A stretch of 64,000 nt of DNA from Thermoplasmata archaeon (GCA_041548485.1 JBFESP010000006.1:19895-83894); one strand, 5' to 3'; numbered from the stretch's first letter, positions 1 through 10,135 are shown. The notes: generated from the sequence alone by a model not told the origin. Made by a program: numbers and translations.

Positions 1-1029
1 TTCGGGGACCTGCTCGGAGGCCTCGTCGAAGCGACGATGGCCGGAATGGCGGGCAGGGACAGAGTCACAACCACGAGGAAGCGGTTCGGCAAGGAAGAGG
101 TCGTGGTCTTCGAGCGAGCAGGCGAGATGATCAAGGTCCTCGACCAGCAGGCGCTTGAGAGCCGGCGGAACTTCGAGAAGCTGAGTCCGAGGAAGGTCAT
201 AGTGCCGATAGACAGAGACACCTTCATCCTGGCGACAGGGGCCAGCGAGACGGAGTTGCTCGGAGACGTGAGGCACGACCCCTACGGCGGCCACCCCCAG
301 CTCGGGACCCAGCCGTACGACCGGGTCGTGGCGGGGGCGATCCACAGCGCCCATCAGGGGGTGCTATTCGTCGACGAGGTGCCGCATCTTGGACATCTAC
401 AGAGGTTCATCCTGACAGCGATGCAGGAGAAGAGGTTCCCGATCACAGGACGGAACCCACAGAGCGCGGGAGCTAGCGTAAGAGTCGACAATGTCCCGTG
501 CGACTTCATATTCGTGGGAGCCTGCAACATTCAGGATCTGCATCACCTACTCTCCCCCCTCCGGTCGAGGATAAACGGGGGAGGATACGAGGTCCTGGTC
601 GAAACGGTCATGCCAGACACTGACGAGAACCGCGCGAAGATCGCGCAGTTCGTGGCGCAGGAGATAGCCATGGACGGAAAGATACCGCATGCCACGAGGG
701 AGTCGGTCGGCATCGTCATCGATGAGGCGAGGAAGCGGGCGAGGATAATCGACAACAGCGACAAGTCCCTGACGCTCCGACTCCGCGAACTCGGGGGACT
801 GGTCAGGGCCGCGGGGGACATCGCGATGGGTGAGCGGGCCAAGTACATCGAAGGCAAGCACATCCGCGACGCCCTCAGGCGGGCTCGTCCTGTCGAGGAG
901 CAGATCAAGGAGAGATACGGTAGCTACATCGGAGGCGTCTCAAAGGATATGAGCACATCGGAGAAGGAGAGCTCGCCGTATCACTACTGGAACGTGCATG
1001 CCCACGACGACAAAACGGGCTACAGATAA
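1..1029 (+). CDS. lonB: LonB-like AAA+ ATPase, 5' partial at window edge; ORF stops before where the Lon protease domain would be
   Basis: Frame is open from nt 1. Motifs closely match the archaeal LonB AAA+ module: VRHDPYGG, AIHSAHQGVLFVDEV (Walker B) and TAMQEKRFPITG...VPCDFIFVGACN. The ORF ends about 35 aa after the AAA+ lid. There is no S16 protease domain downstream, because the minus-strand GNAT gene follows immediately. Confidence 0.6.
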   Translation, partial: FGDLLGGLVEATMAGMAGRDRVTTTRKRFGKEEVVVFERAGEMIKVLDQQALESRRNFEKLSPRKVIVPIDRDTFILATGASETELLGDVRHDPYGGHPQLGTQPYDRVVAGAIHSAHQGVLFVDEVPHLGHLQRFILTAMQEKRFPITGRNPQSAGASVRVDNVPCDFIFVGACNIQDLHHLLSPLRSRINGGGYEVLVETVMPDTDENRAKIAQFVAQEIAMDGKIPHATRESVGIVIDEARKRARIIDNSDKSLTLRLRELGGLVRAAGDIAMGERAKYIEGKHIRDALRRARPVEEQIKERYGSYIGGVSKDMSTSEKESSPYHYWNVHAHDDKTGYR

Positions 1030-1041
1030 CTGTTCTTCGTC

Positions 1042-1530
1042 TCAGCTCTGCAGAATCTTGATCATCTGGTAGGCGCCCTCGCCGTTCAGATAGAAGTTCT
1101 CTATCTCGCCGGACACCGAGTAGCCGTGGCGCTCGTAGAAGGAGATGGCGGACGAGTTGCTCTTCCTGACCTCCAACCCTATGGCACGGAACGCCCCGGC
1201 CAGACATCGGTCCTCTAGCTTCTTCAGGAGCGTCGACCCGTATGAACGTCCCCTGTGCTCCGGAAGCACGGCGAGCATGAGCACACGCGCGACCCGCTTC
1301 TCCGACTCCACAGCTGCCACGAGACCGATTATCTGTCCATTCTCCTCAGCGACCATGAACCCATCTGACCAGATGTTGTGGAGGGTCAGATAGAGCGAAG
1401 GCGGGTACGTCTCCCCGAGGGACCTCTTGACCACGCGCATCACCGAGTGTATGTCATTTATGGAGAAGCGGCGGACTATCATGGCATCGGGCAGAACCGT
1501 CATAGGTGTCATTAATCTTGCGCGTGTCAA
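1042..1530 (-). CDS. GNAT family N-acetyltransferase
   Basis: 162 aa. Acetyl-CoA binding motif region (GLVAAV...RGRSYGSTLL) typical of GNAT/RimI-like enzymes. Confidence 0.8.
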   Translation of the reverse strand: MTRARLMTPMTVLPDAMIVRRFSINDIHSVMRVVKRSLGETYPPSLYLTLHNIWSDGFMVAEENGQIIGLVAAVESEKRVARVLMLAVLPEHRGRSYGSTLLKKLEDRCLAGAFRAIGLEVRKSNSSAISFYERHGYSVSGEIENFYLNGEGAYQMIKILQS

Positions 1531-1534
1531 GCGG

Positions 1535-3682
1535 CTATCGACTCCTCAGTCCACGCCTCCGGAGGATGAGAAGCAGCAGGGCGCCTCCGAGAGCCCCTGG
1601 AACGATTGACGCATAGGTAGCCACACTGTATCTCTCCTCCACGGGGGGACGATGCTCGCTCACCACTCGGATGGTGATCGCCTGGGTCGCTTCGTTTCCC
1701 CACGAGTCCGTCAGGGTCAACACGACTTTCATCTCGCCCGGAACCGTCAGGAGGAAGGAGACGGAGGGCGTGTCCGCATCCACCGACCCATCCCCGTCGA
1801 TGTCCCACTGCACTCCAACCAGCATCCTGTCATCCGAACACCCCTCCGATGTGAGGGTCACCCAGCTGCCGCACGACTCGACGATATCCTTGGGAGCGTC
1901 GATGAGGGGAGCGACCCGATCCGGATACCAGTCCGCCTCGAATGCCTCCGTGAAGTAGCTGGCCACCTCGAGTGAGTCGACCACAGCGGCAAGCTCGCGG
2001 TTCCTGGCGAAGGACGCGTACACCCAGTTGTTGCTCGAGACCACCGTCCTCCTGCCATCGGCTATCACGCCCTTGTTGTGCATGACGGTGACCGGCCCCT
2101 CGGGATCCATGAGGCGGGCCGAGCAGTTGAGGGATTCCCCGGACCCTACGGCGACGAAGGCGTCGACGACCTCGCCATTTCGGTCCAGGTTGAACCATGA
2201 CGAGTCCAGAAGCGCTCTGCACATGACGCCGTCTCTCGCGCGGTCAATCACGCTCGAGACCAGCGGGCTGAGCGACTCGTCACCCGACCATCTCGTACGC
2301 CATCTGAGATCCGCCTGGAACTGCTCGACGATCAGCTCCCTCTCCGACTGGAGCGTGTCGCACAAGAACGGATGTACCAAGGACCCGTCCGGCGAGACCA
2401 CCAGCGTCACGGTCGCGGATGATGAAGTGGTGAATGGGCGGAACATGCCGAGCTCGTGCTGGCTCTCCACCAGTGCCGGGGCCTCTGCCTGGGAATCATA
2501 CCTGGCATCATGCAGCCAATCCGTCACGCACGGTCGGTCCGCCCTCCAGTCGTCCTCAAAGGCCGTGGTCAGGTAAGCAGCGAGTCCGTTGCTGACGGCG
2601 GCCATCCCCCAGCCCCGGTTGCCGAAGACCCGGTCGGCCGGTATCCCGCTCGGGACCGCGTTCTCGGAGAGTACGATGACATCGGTGGAATCGATGACGA
2701 AGTACTTCGAGTGAAGGGCGGCGACGTGCTTCACGATGCCATCATCGAGCGCTCCCGTCAGGACTCGGACCGAGGCTCCAGAGCCAGCCAGAACCGACAG
2801 CGAGGCCACTGCTCGCTCATCCATGCCCCCGACGGGGTTTCCGTCAACGAGCAGGCTCACGTTCACCCCTCGACATAGGGCTCGCAACAACGCATGGCAG
2901 ACGATGGGGGACGAGAATTCGTATGAGCACACCCTTATGCTCTCCCGTGCGGCGTCCAGCCTGGCAACGACCACATCCGCAGAGCAGTCCGGGCTCAGGA
3001 ACGCGGTGAGACTGCCGGGGTCAACGATGGTCGCATACGGTTCCCACGAGGTGTAGCCGTACCTGTGCTCTCGAAATGGCATCCAATCGGTGGATGTGCC
3101 TGCATCCGCGAAACCGTCCGAGGACCTCACCCTCACAAACACCTCGCCAGCGCGAGGGGACGCGAGCGGTGGCCCCGTCCAGCCGGTCGACGTCTCGGCG
3201 CAGTCGCCGTATACGACGAAGTCGAGCACAGCCCCATGGCCATCTCGAAGCAACAGGGAATCGCCGTCGTTCCCCAGCCTGAATGAGCCGGATACCTGGA
3301 CGCCGATGTCGCTCGAGGGGCCATCGAGGCATACCTCCGGCAGGGTGCCATAGGCTGCGAGATAGGAGGATGTGTTGAAGCTGACCGCGAGAGACGCACA
3401 CGGTCCTACGTACATCTGGTCCGAGAAGACGACGGCGCCCTCCCCGTCCGTGACCTCCCAGCCCTCGACCGAAACGCTACTCCTCCCCGCATTCGTCAGC
3501 ACGAAATACTCGTCGTCGCAGACAGCGTTCGGGTAGAACTCCGATAGGACTACGCCTGAGGGGATCGCCGAAAGGGCGTGAACGCAGCCTTCTGAGACGG
3601 CACGTTCGGGCTCTGGACCACCCATGAACGGAATGCATGTTATCGCGAACGCAATCGAAAGCACTACGACGGTGTGTGCCAC
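1535..3682 (-). CDS. Secreted phospholipase D-family (2x HKD) protein with N-terminal lamin-tail-like domain, PKD-like domain and C-terminal PGF-CTERM-like membrane anchor
   Basis: N-terminal signal peptide. LTD-like segment (VVLSEFYPNAVCDDEYFVLTNAG). Two HKD motifs (HSKYFVID and HNKGVIAD). Beta-rich C-terminal region. Tail is PGALGGALLLLILRRRG. Confidence 0.7.
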   Translation of the reverse strand: MAHTVVVLSIAFAITCIPFMGGPEPERAVSEGCVHALSAIPSGVVLSEFYPNAVCDDEYFVLTNAGRSSVSVEGWEVTDGEGAVVFSDQMYVGPCASLAVSFNTSSYLAAYGTLPEVCLDGPSSDIGVQVSGSFRLGNDGDSLLLRDGHGAVLDFVVYGDCAETSTGWTGPPLASPRAGEVFVRVRSSDGFADAGTSTDWMPFREHRYGYTSWEPYATIVDPGSLTAFLSPDCSADVVVARLDAARESIRVCSYEFSSPIVCHALLRALCRGVNVSLLVDGNPVGGMDERAVASLSVLAGSGASVRVLTGALDDGIVKHVAALHSKYFVIDSTDVIVLSENAVPSGIPADRVFGNRGWGMAAVSNGLAAYLTTAFEDDWRADRPCVTDWLHDARYDSQAEAPALVESQHELGMFRPFTTSSSATVTLVVSPDGSLVHPFLCDTLQSERELIVEQFQADLRWRTRWSGDESLSPLVSSVIDRARDGVMCRALLDSSWFNLDRNGEVVDAFVAVGSGESLNCSARLMDPEGPVTVMHNKGVIADGRRTVVSSNNWVYASFARNRELAAVVDSLEVASYFTEAFEADWYPDRVAPLIDAPKDIVESCGSWVTLTSEGCSDDRMLVGVQWDIDGDGSVDADTPSVSFLLTVPGEMKVVLTLTDSWGNEATQAITIRVVSEHRPPVEERYSVATYASIVPGALGGALLLLILRRRGLRSR

Positions 3683-3739
3683 TCCGGTCTCCGAGTGGTT
3701 CTCAGGGAAATAGCACCGTGATTACACGCAGGCTTCGCT

Positions 3740-4420
3740 TCATCGTTGAATGCCGACGGCAAGGTCCAGGAGAACCCTCTTCGGGTCGGAGGCCTTGACG
3801 ACGCCGCTCGCAAGGAGTACGCCGTTTGTGCCGAGTTCGATGGCCTTGGACGCGTCTTCTCCCGTCTTCACGCCTGCACCGCACAACACCTTCACTCCAG
3901 GGAACGCCGCCTTGGCCACACGCACGGACTCGCCGACGATCTCCGGGTTCGCGGTTGTGACGGACACCTCTCCGCCTATCAGTTCAGGAGGTTCGATCGC
4001 GACGAAGTCCGGCTCGAGGGCTGCACACGCCCTCGTCACCTGGAGGTCGTTCGTGCATACGACCGTCGATAGCCCATCCCGTTTGGCCTTCCCGACGAGA
4101 GAGGATATCTCGGATATGCGGAGGCGCCTCTCGGAGTGGTTCAACAGGGTTCCCTTGGCACCCGATGCTAGGATGTTCTCCAACGCGACATGGCCCGTGG
4201 TACTTCCGGGTTTGAGGTCGTCGGCATGCTGGGAGAACACCGGGATCGTGACCGCGGCGACCACGGAGGCAAGGTCGGGCATGGGAGGGGCGACCACGAT
4301 CGCCATCCCAGTCTCGTCGGAGACGCTCTCGCAGATCCTCGCCAGTGCGACCGCCTTGGCGCCGCTCGACTCCAGATAGGTCTTGAAGTTGACGATGATG
4401 ACTGTCTCCGACGCGCTCAA
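3740..4420 (-). CDS. tpiA: Triosephosphate isomerase (archaeal type)
   Basis: 226 aa. VIIVNFKTY N-terminus and overall archaeal TIM architecture. Sits immediately downstream of fbp, which is conserved fbp-tpiA synteny. Confidence 0.9.
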   Translation of the reverse strand: MSASETVIIVNFKTYLESSGAKAVALARICESVSDETGMAIVVAPPMPDLASVVAAVTIPVFSQHADDLKPGSTTGHVALENILASGAKGTLLNHSERRLRISEISSLVGKAKRDGLSTVVCTNDLQVTRACAALEPDFVAIEPPELIGGEVSVTTANPEIVGESVRVAKAAFPGVKVLCGAGVKTGEDASKAIELGTNGVLLASGVVKASDPKRVLLDLAVGIQR

Positions 4421-4431
4421 GCCGATCCACC

Positions 4432-5589
4432 TCAGTCCAGGGGCTTCATGCGCGGCTCGAGCTTCTTCAGTATCTCAGGCCTCGTCGTGTACTCCAACTC
4501 GCTCGGCGAGACGATGCCTGGCATGAACGGCCCATGCCCTCTCATGTAGACCGAGACGTCCATGGCCTTGTTCCTGACATAGTCCCATTCGCTCCCGGAG
4601 AAGTAGTCAATGGGCTCGTGCACGCCGGGTCCAGCATCCGCTGGCTCCAGGCCCTGGATCCTCCCGTTGGATATCTGAATGCCCAGGGCGCACACCCTCG
4701 GTGGCCCGTCATGATACGAAGGATCCGAACCCTCCACGCTGCACGGATACCAGGCACCGTAGTGCGAGCCGCGCATCCACCCGGCGACGAGCTGAGGGAA
4801 GGCAAACGGCTGAAGGACCTCACCTACCGCGGGCAGACCGGATTGGCACCTTACGAGCATGACGGGATCGTCCTTTCCCACGTACTTGCCCGCCAGCATG
4901 TTCAGCTTCTCCGTAGATACGACCGCCGCCACGCCGACGTCCCTGTGCACTACGCGCTTGACGGCGTACCGGGTTGTGTCTCCGAGCAGGGCCAGGATGT
5001 CGTACATCTCCGCAGGTGAGCTCATTACGACCTTCTTGTGGTCCACTACATCGACGACCTCCAGGTCGTAGCCGAGGTGAGCCCTCGGGTCGATGACGAG
5101 CCCGGTCGTTGTGAATGGGTCCATGAATATCTTCGAGATGGGCAACGAGTAGGCGGACGGACCACACTTGTCGGCCAGAAGCACGAGCATGGGCTCCGTC
5201 GGGCGCTCCTCGAACTCCATCTCGGCGGCTCCGGGGCCCTGGCCCCTCACGTTTCCGGAGAACGCATCCGTCAGCAGGTCCTGGCCAGCAGCGTACAGCT
5301 TCATCTTCTTCGCCTCTGACGCTGCGCTCATGAAGGCGTTCCATGCCAACTCGTGGATCTCTTTGTCGTTCTCGCCCTTCCGGTGGGTCATCAGCAGCTC
5401 CATGTCGTCGCCGCAACGCGTCACATAGTAGTCCACCAGAAGTCCATCCTGCACTCCCCTGCTCAGGGCGTTCCCCGCTACCTCCATCATCCTCGGATGG
5501 GGCTTCGAATGGCCAGCCACCGAGCCTACGTCGGCCTTGATCAGAGAGACCGTTATCTTCTCCGGCATTATTTGCTCCTCCAACCTCAA
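4432..5589 (-). CDS. fbp: Fructose-1,6-bisphosphate aldolase/phosphatase (class V FBPase)
   Basis: 385 aa. Strong similarity to the archaeal bifunctional FBP aldolase/phosphatase (GHSKPHP..., YYVTRCGDD...). Confidence 0.9.
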   Translation of the reverse strand: MRLEEQIMPEKITVSLIKADVGSVAGHSKPHPRMMEVAGNALSRGVQDGLLVDYYVTRCGDDMELLMTHRKGENDKEIHELAWNAFMSAASEAKKMKLYAAGQDLLTDAFSGNVRGQGPGAAEMEFEERPTEPMLVLLADKCGPSAYSLPISKIFMDPFTTTGLVIDPRAHLGYDLEVVDVVDHKKVVMSSPAEMYDILALLGDTTRYAVKRVVHRDVGVAAVVSTEKLNMLAGKYVGKDDPVMLVRCQSGLPAVGEVLQPFAFPQLVAGWMRGSHYGAWYPCSVEGSDPSYHDGPPRVCALGIQISNGRIQGLEPADAGPGVHEPIDYFSGSEWDYVRNKAMDVSVYMRGHGPFMPGIVSPSELEYTTRPEILKKLEPRMKPLD

Positions 5590-5618
5590 GTTTCGCAGTC
5601 TGCGAAATGAGGGGCATA

Positions 5619-5632
5619 CGATATATATTAAC
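5619..5632. promoter_or_regulatory. Palindromic TATA element (ATATATATTA) in fbp/acdA divergent region
   Basis: The only strongly AT-rich block between the divergent fbp (minus) and acdA (plus) genes. Confidence 0.4.
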
Positions 5633-5774
5633 CGCTCTGATCAGGGACTCCGTCGCACCCACTGAATACCCGCGAAAAGCCACCATCGTCCTCGAGAAGG
5701 CTCGGGAGCCGCGGTGGTCGAATGGAAAGGCTTATGCGCAGAGATGTCGCTGTTCGACCGACGAGTGGACGCAG

Positions 5775-7181
5775 ATGGGAATCGTCGAGGAGCTCAAACC
5801 GATATTCTCGCCCAAGTCTATAGCCGTCGTAGGCGCGTCCAGGAGCCCCACCAAGCTGGGTTTCGAGATTCTCCAGAACATACTTGTGAGCGGCTACAAG
5901 GGGAAGGTGATTCCCATCAATCCCGAGACGCCCGAGATACTGGGGCTCAGGGCGCTTCCCAGCGTTCAGGCGGTGAAAGAGGACATCGACCTCGCGATCA
6001 TCGTCGTCCCGGCGGAGTTCGTGCCTAAGATAATGACGGAGTGCGCCAAGAAGAAGGTCAAGGGCGTGATAATCATCTCGGCCGGATTCGGGGAGGTCGG
6101 CGACAACGGCCGTCGGCTTGAGAAGGAGGTTCTCGGCATCGCGGCGAAGGCCGGGATAAGGGTCGTCGGTCCGAACACGCTCGGTTACAAGGACCCGATA
6201 GACAATCTGGATGCCGCTTTCGTGTTCGGCATGCCCAAACCGGGAAGGATAGCCCTGGTCAGTCAGAGCGGCGCCCTCTGCGTCGGCATGATATACTACG
6301 CGAACGGAGAACACATCGGCCTCTCGAGAGTGATATCTGTCGGTAACAAGGCGGATGTGGATGACGCGGATCTGATAGACTACCTCGACCATGACAAGGC
6401 GACGAAGGTCATCGCGATGTACATCGAGGGCATTAAGGATGGCAAGAAGTTCCTCGATGCGGCGAGGAGGTGCAGGAAACCGATCGTGGCGATCAAAGCT
6501 GGCAGGACTCCGGCTGGCTCGGCTGCTGCATCGACCCATACAGGCTCGCTGAGCGGCTCGGACGCCGTCTACGATTCCGCGTTCAGGCAGGTGCACATCC
6601 AAAGGGCATACGACGTCGGTGAGATGTTCGATTACGCAAGAGCCCTGACGTATCAGCCGTGCGCGAAGGGGAACAGGGTGGGCATCGTCTCGAACGGCGG
6701 CGGTGCGGGCATAATGATTGCAGACTGGTGCGAGTCGAGCGGTCTGAAGGTTCCCGTCCTGACGAAGAAGACCTGTGACGCGCTGAACCCTCACCTGCCG
6801 CCAATAACGACCGCCCGCAACCCGCTGGATGTGACGGGAGATGCGAGGTACCACAGGTACTACGTCACCGGCAACATCATGCTGGCCGACCCGAACATCG
6901 ATGCCCTCATCATGGCCTGCGTGCACGCAGGGATCGCGAGGCCAAGAGAGTACGTCGGCGCGGTGATCAAGCTAGTCGAAGACAACACTCACCTCAAGAA
7001 GCCGATCGTCGCCTGCTGGGTTGGCGGGCCGGAGGTCGACGAGGTAGTCCAGGAACTCAGGGTCAAGAACATCCCTGTCTATCCGTCTGCGATGAGGGCA
7101 GCCAGAGCGGTGAAGTGCCTCTACGATGAGGGTAAGAGGCTGGACCATGCATGCCGCAGCGTCAAGGGCCGAAAGGCATAG
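5775..7181 (+). CDS. acdA: Acetyl-CoA synthetase (ADP-forming), alpha subunit (CoA-binding/succinyl-CoA-synthetase-like)
   Basis: Start chosen at MGIVEELKPIFSPKSIAVVGAS (CoA-binding fold). The N-terminal extension of the listed ORF is unlikely to be coding. Ligase-CoA domain follows. Confidence 0.85.
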   Translation: MGIVEELKPIFSPKSIAVVGASRSPTKLGFEILQNILVSGYKGKVIPINPETPEILGLRALPSVQAVKEDIDLAIIVVPAEFVPKIMTECAKKKVKGVIIISAGFGEVGDNGRRLEKEVLGIAAKAGIRVVGPNTLGYKDPIDNLDAAFVFGMPKPGRIALVSQSGALCVGMIYYANGEHIGLSRVISVGNKADVDDADLIDYLDHDKATKVIAMYIEGIKDGKKFLDAARRCRKPIVAIKAGRTPAGSAAASTHTGSLSGSDAVYDSAFRQVHIQRAYDVGEMFDYARALTYQPCAKGNRVGIVSNGGGAGIMIADWCESSGLKVPVLTKKTCDALNPHLPPITTARNPLDVTGDARYHRYYVTGNIMLADPNIDALIMACVHAGIARPREYVGAVIKLVEDNTHLKKPIVACWVGGPEVDEVVQELRVKNIPVYPSAMRAARAVKCLYDEGKRLDHACRSVKGRKA

Positions 7182-7293
7182 TCGGGGTGACCTGACAGTG
7201 GCCTGAGGCTCGGGACCGGTTTCTCCAACAAGCCGCCCTCCAGAAGGAGTTTTAAACATCCTATGCATCAGCGGGTGCGGTTGGCCCGTTGAG

Positions 7294-8232
7294 ATGAGAC
7301 ACATCAACTCGTCAGTGGCGGCCCTGTCCGCCGTCGCTCTGTGGGGGCTCGCGTTTCCCTTGATACAGGAAGGGCTCGAGTTCGCCTCTCCCGTCCTCCT
7401 CGGGTTCATCAGGTTCGCGTTTGCCTCGCTCATGATGCTGGTCATCATGCTCTGGATGTACCCGGTCGATGAGATCAGGGCACTCATGGCCAAGGAGTGG
7501 AGGATCCTCGCGGTACTCGCGGTGTTGTACGTCACCATCCCGAACGTCGCCCAGAACATCGGACTACAGAACGGCACCTCCTCTATCGCATGCGTGATTC
7601 AATCCTCCGGGCCCGTGCTGACGCTCATGTTCGCCGTGGCGTTGCTGGGAGAGAGGTTCACGAAGGGGAAGATCGTCGGGACGGTCGTCGCGATCGTGGG
7701 CACGGTCGCCCTCGTGACCAACGGAGGCGTCTCCTTGTCCAACATCAGCTTCGTGAGCAACATCTTCATACTCGTGTCCGCGGTCTCCTACGGGCTCGCA
7801 TGGGTCTCGGCGAAACGCGTGCTCGAGCGGAACCCCCCGATGCTGGTGATCGGGCTGGCCGTGATCATGGGAACGGCGTTCCTCGGACTATCCGTCCCGT
7901 TCGAGGCGGGTCTCAGACTCGAGATGAACGGCTGGGCGCTGCTCGATTTCGCCATACTCGGGCTGTTCTGCGCCGGGCTGTCGTCCATCCTGTACCTGAC
8001 CGCCCTGAGGGAAGAGGAGGTGTCCCGCCTGGCGTTCTTCATATATCTGATGCCGGTGTTTGCATCCCTGTTCGCGTGGATCATAAGGAACGAGATGGTG
8101 GAACTCGCGACCGTGGCATGCGCGTTCGTAATCGTGGTCGGCATCGCCATAGCCACGAAGGAGTGGACAGGGTGCCCCGACAAAGCTACGTCGTCAGGAC
8201 CGGGCCGCAAAAAAGTAAATACTAACGACTAG
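7294..8232 (+). CDS. EamA/DMT-family transporter
   Basis: 312 aa. Ten predicted TM helices and two EamA repeats. Confidence 0.75.
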   Translation: MRHINSSVAALSAVALWGLAFPLIQEGLEFASPVLLGFIRFAFASLMMLVIMLWMYPVDEIRALMAKEWRILAVLAVLYVTIPNVAQNIGLQNGTSSIACVIQSSGPVLTLMFAVALLGERFTKGKIVGTVVAIVGTVALVTNGGVSLSNISFVSNIFILVSAVSYGLAWVSAKRVLERNPPMLVIGLAVIMGTAFLGLSVPFEAGLRLEMNGWALLDFAILGLFCAGLSSILYLTALREEEVSRLAFFIYLMPVFASLFAWIIRNEMVELATVACAFVIVVGIAIATKEWTGCPDKATSSGPGRKKVNTND

Positions 8233-8257
8233 GTATGCGAGAAAAGGTGAGGATGCT

Positions 8258-9586
8258 TTGCCCTCATGGCAACATATCACGTATTCTAACGATATCAAAG
8301 ACGAGCACTTCGGGAAGAGCGTCGTAGTCGGCGGTTGGGCGCAGGAGATACGGAACCTGGGAGGGATATCGTTCCTTCAGCTCAGAGACCGCTTCGGGGT
8401 CGTCCAAGTCACCTCACTGAAGAAGAGGGACCCCGAGCTCTTCAAGCAGATGACATCCATCCAGAGGGAGTCTGTGCTCGTGATAACCGGGACCGTCAAG
8501 GAGAGCAAGGAGGCCAAAGCCGGCTTCGAGGTCATCCCTGAGACGGTCGCCGTGCTGAGCGAGGCCATGACACCACTACCATTGGGCGTTGTGGACAAGG
8601 TCGGAGCGGACCTCGACACGCGGCTGAACAACAGGTTCATGGACCTGAGGAAGCCGGAGACTCGGGCGATATTCCAGATTCGGGCGATGGCTCTCAAGGG
8701 CATGAGGGACTACCTTACGTCCGAGGGGTTCGTGGAGGTGACCACCCCCAAGATTGTGGCAGCTGGTGCAGAGGGGGGAGCGACGCTGTTCCCCATCAAG
8801 TACTTCGACAAGAGCGCGTACCTCGCGCAGAGTCCGCAGCTGTACAAGCAGAACCTCATGGGGACCGGGCTCGACCGGATATTCGAGATATCCCCTGCCT
8901 ACCGGGCGGAGGCATCGGACACGGTCAGGCACATAGCAGAGTTCACATCCCTCGATATCGAGCTCGCGTTCATCGAGTCCTCTGATGACGTGATGGCGGT
9001 CGCTGAAGGGATCGCATACAGCGGTCTTCGGCATGTGAACGAGATGGCCGGCGAGCAGCTCGACCTGCTGGGCGCGGAGGTTTCCGTCCCGGAGACGCCG
9101 TTCCCGCGCATCACCTACTCCGAGGCGATAGACCTGCTGAAGAACGAGGGGATGAAGGTCGGACACGGCGACGACCTCGGCACCGAGGGGGAGAAGCTCC
9201 TGGGAGACGTCATGGCGAGGGAGCGCGGCTGCCAGCTCTACTTCATAACGGACTTCCCGACGTCACTGAAGCGCGGGACATTCTACGCCAAGAGGCACGA
9301 CGACGACCCCGAGCGGACGGGATACTTCGACCTCGACTACAGAGGTCAGGAGATAGTCTCAGGGGGACAGAGGGAGCACAGATACGATGTCCTCGTCGAG
9401 CAGATGAGGGAGAACAACATGGACCTTGACTCGTTCGAGTTCTACCTGAAGGCGTTCAGGTTCGGGATGCCGCCTCATGGCGGATTCGGGTTCGGCATCG
9501 AGAGGTACGTGCAGAAGATGTTGAACCTGCCAAACATACGGGAGGCGGTTCTATATCCACGGGACCGGATGAGACTGATTCCTTGA
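8258..9586 (+). CDS. aspS: Aspartyl-tRNA synthetase (archaeal type)
   Basis: 442 aa. N-terminal OB anticodon-binding domain, class II aaRS motifs, and archaeal AspRS length. Confidence 0.9.
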   Translation: MPSWQHITYSNDIKDEHFGKSVVVGGWAQEIRNLGGISFLQLRDRFGVVQVTSLKKRDPELFKQMTSIQRESVLVITGTVKESKEAKAGFEVIPETVAVLSEAMTPLPLGVVDKVGADLDTRLNNRFMDLRKPETRAIFQIRAMALKGMRDYLTSEGFVEVTTPKIVAAGAEGGATLFPIKYFDKSAYLAQSPQLYKQNLMGTGLDRIFEISPAYRAEASDTVRHIAEFTSLDIELAFIESSDDVMAVAEGIAYSGLRHVNEMAGEQLDLLGAEVSVPETPFPRITYSEAIDLLKNEGMKVGHGDDLGTEGEKLLGDVMARERGCQLYFITDFPTSLKRGTFYAKRHDDDPERTGYFDLDYRGQEIVSGGQREHRYDVLVEQMRENNMDLDSFEFYLKAFRFGMPPHGGFGFGIERYVQKMLNLPNIREAVLYPRDRMRLIP

Positions 9587-10110
9587 ACGGTCGGCCCAGG
9601 CGCATGCTCCTGGAGCTACCGACGGCCGACGAGATCGATGAGATGGCATCCGACAGACCTGCACTTCTGGTCCGCAGGTTCGATTTCAATCTGGAGGATC
9701 GACGGATAGACCTGGACTACGCCCCGTGCAAGGGGGAGACGCTGTTCGTGACAGGGGGCGCCAGAGGAGTCGCACTCGTGAAGACCGAAGGAGCGACCAT
9801 CTGGACCCTGCCCTCTGGAAGGATAGGTGTGAACGAGGCACCGGAGGCCGCCGCCAGAAGGATCGCGAAGGAGAGGTGCGGCATCAGGCTGGGAGAGATG
9901 GACCTGAGGGCACTGTACGACGTGACGAGGCATTACGAGAACGTGTCCGTCAAGAGGCTGGTGGTGGTCTACAGAGCGAAGGTGGAGGACTATCACAGCG
10001 CAGCGCCCGAGGACGGGCACCCGAGGTGCGTATTCCACTCCGCGGACCTCGAAGAACTGGTACACGACGAGATAGACTCCCAGGCCATCGGAGACTGCCT
10101 GGAGAAATAG
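9583..10110 (+). CDS. NUDIX hydrolase
   Basis: Nudix box GRIGVNEAPEAAARRIAKERCGI. Start is either TTG overlapping the aspS stop or an ATG 21 nt downstream. Confidence 0.75.
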   Translation: MNGRPRRMLLELPTADEIDEMASDRPALLVRRFDFNLEDRRIDLDYAPCKGETLFVTGGARGVALVKTEGATIWTLPSGRIGVNEAPEAAARRIAKERCGIRLGEMDLRALYDVTRHYENVSVKRLVVVYRAKVEDYHSAAPEDGHPRCVFHSADLEELVHDEIDSQAIGDCLEK

Positions 10111-10135
10111 ATTTTAGGCCAGAAGACGATACGGC

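Noticed and set aside
5628-6926. 432-aa minus-strand ORF antisense to acdA, and similar long antisense ORFs (for example 11663-12154, 12512-13282, 26246-27172, 60764-61933, 61651-62688)
   Set aside because: They lie entirely inside well-supported genes on the opposite strand. Their translations are low-complexity Arg/Pro/Gly-rich, as expected for stop-poor antisense frames in 60% GC DNA.
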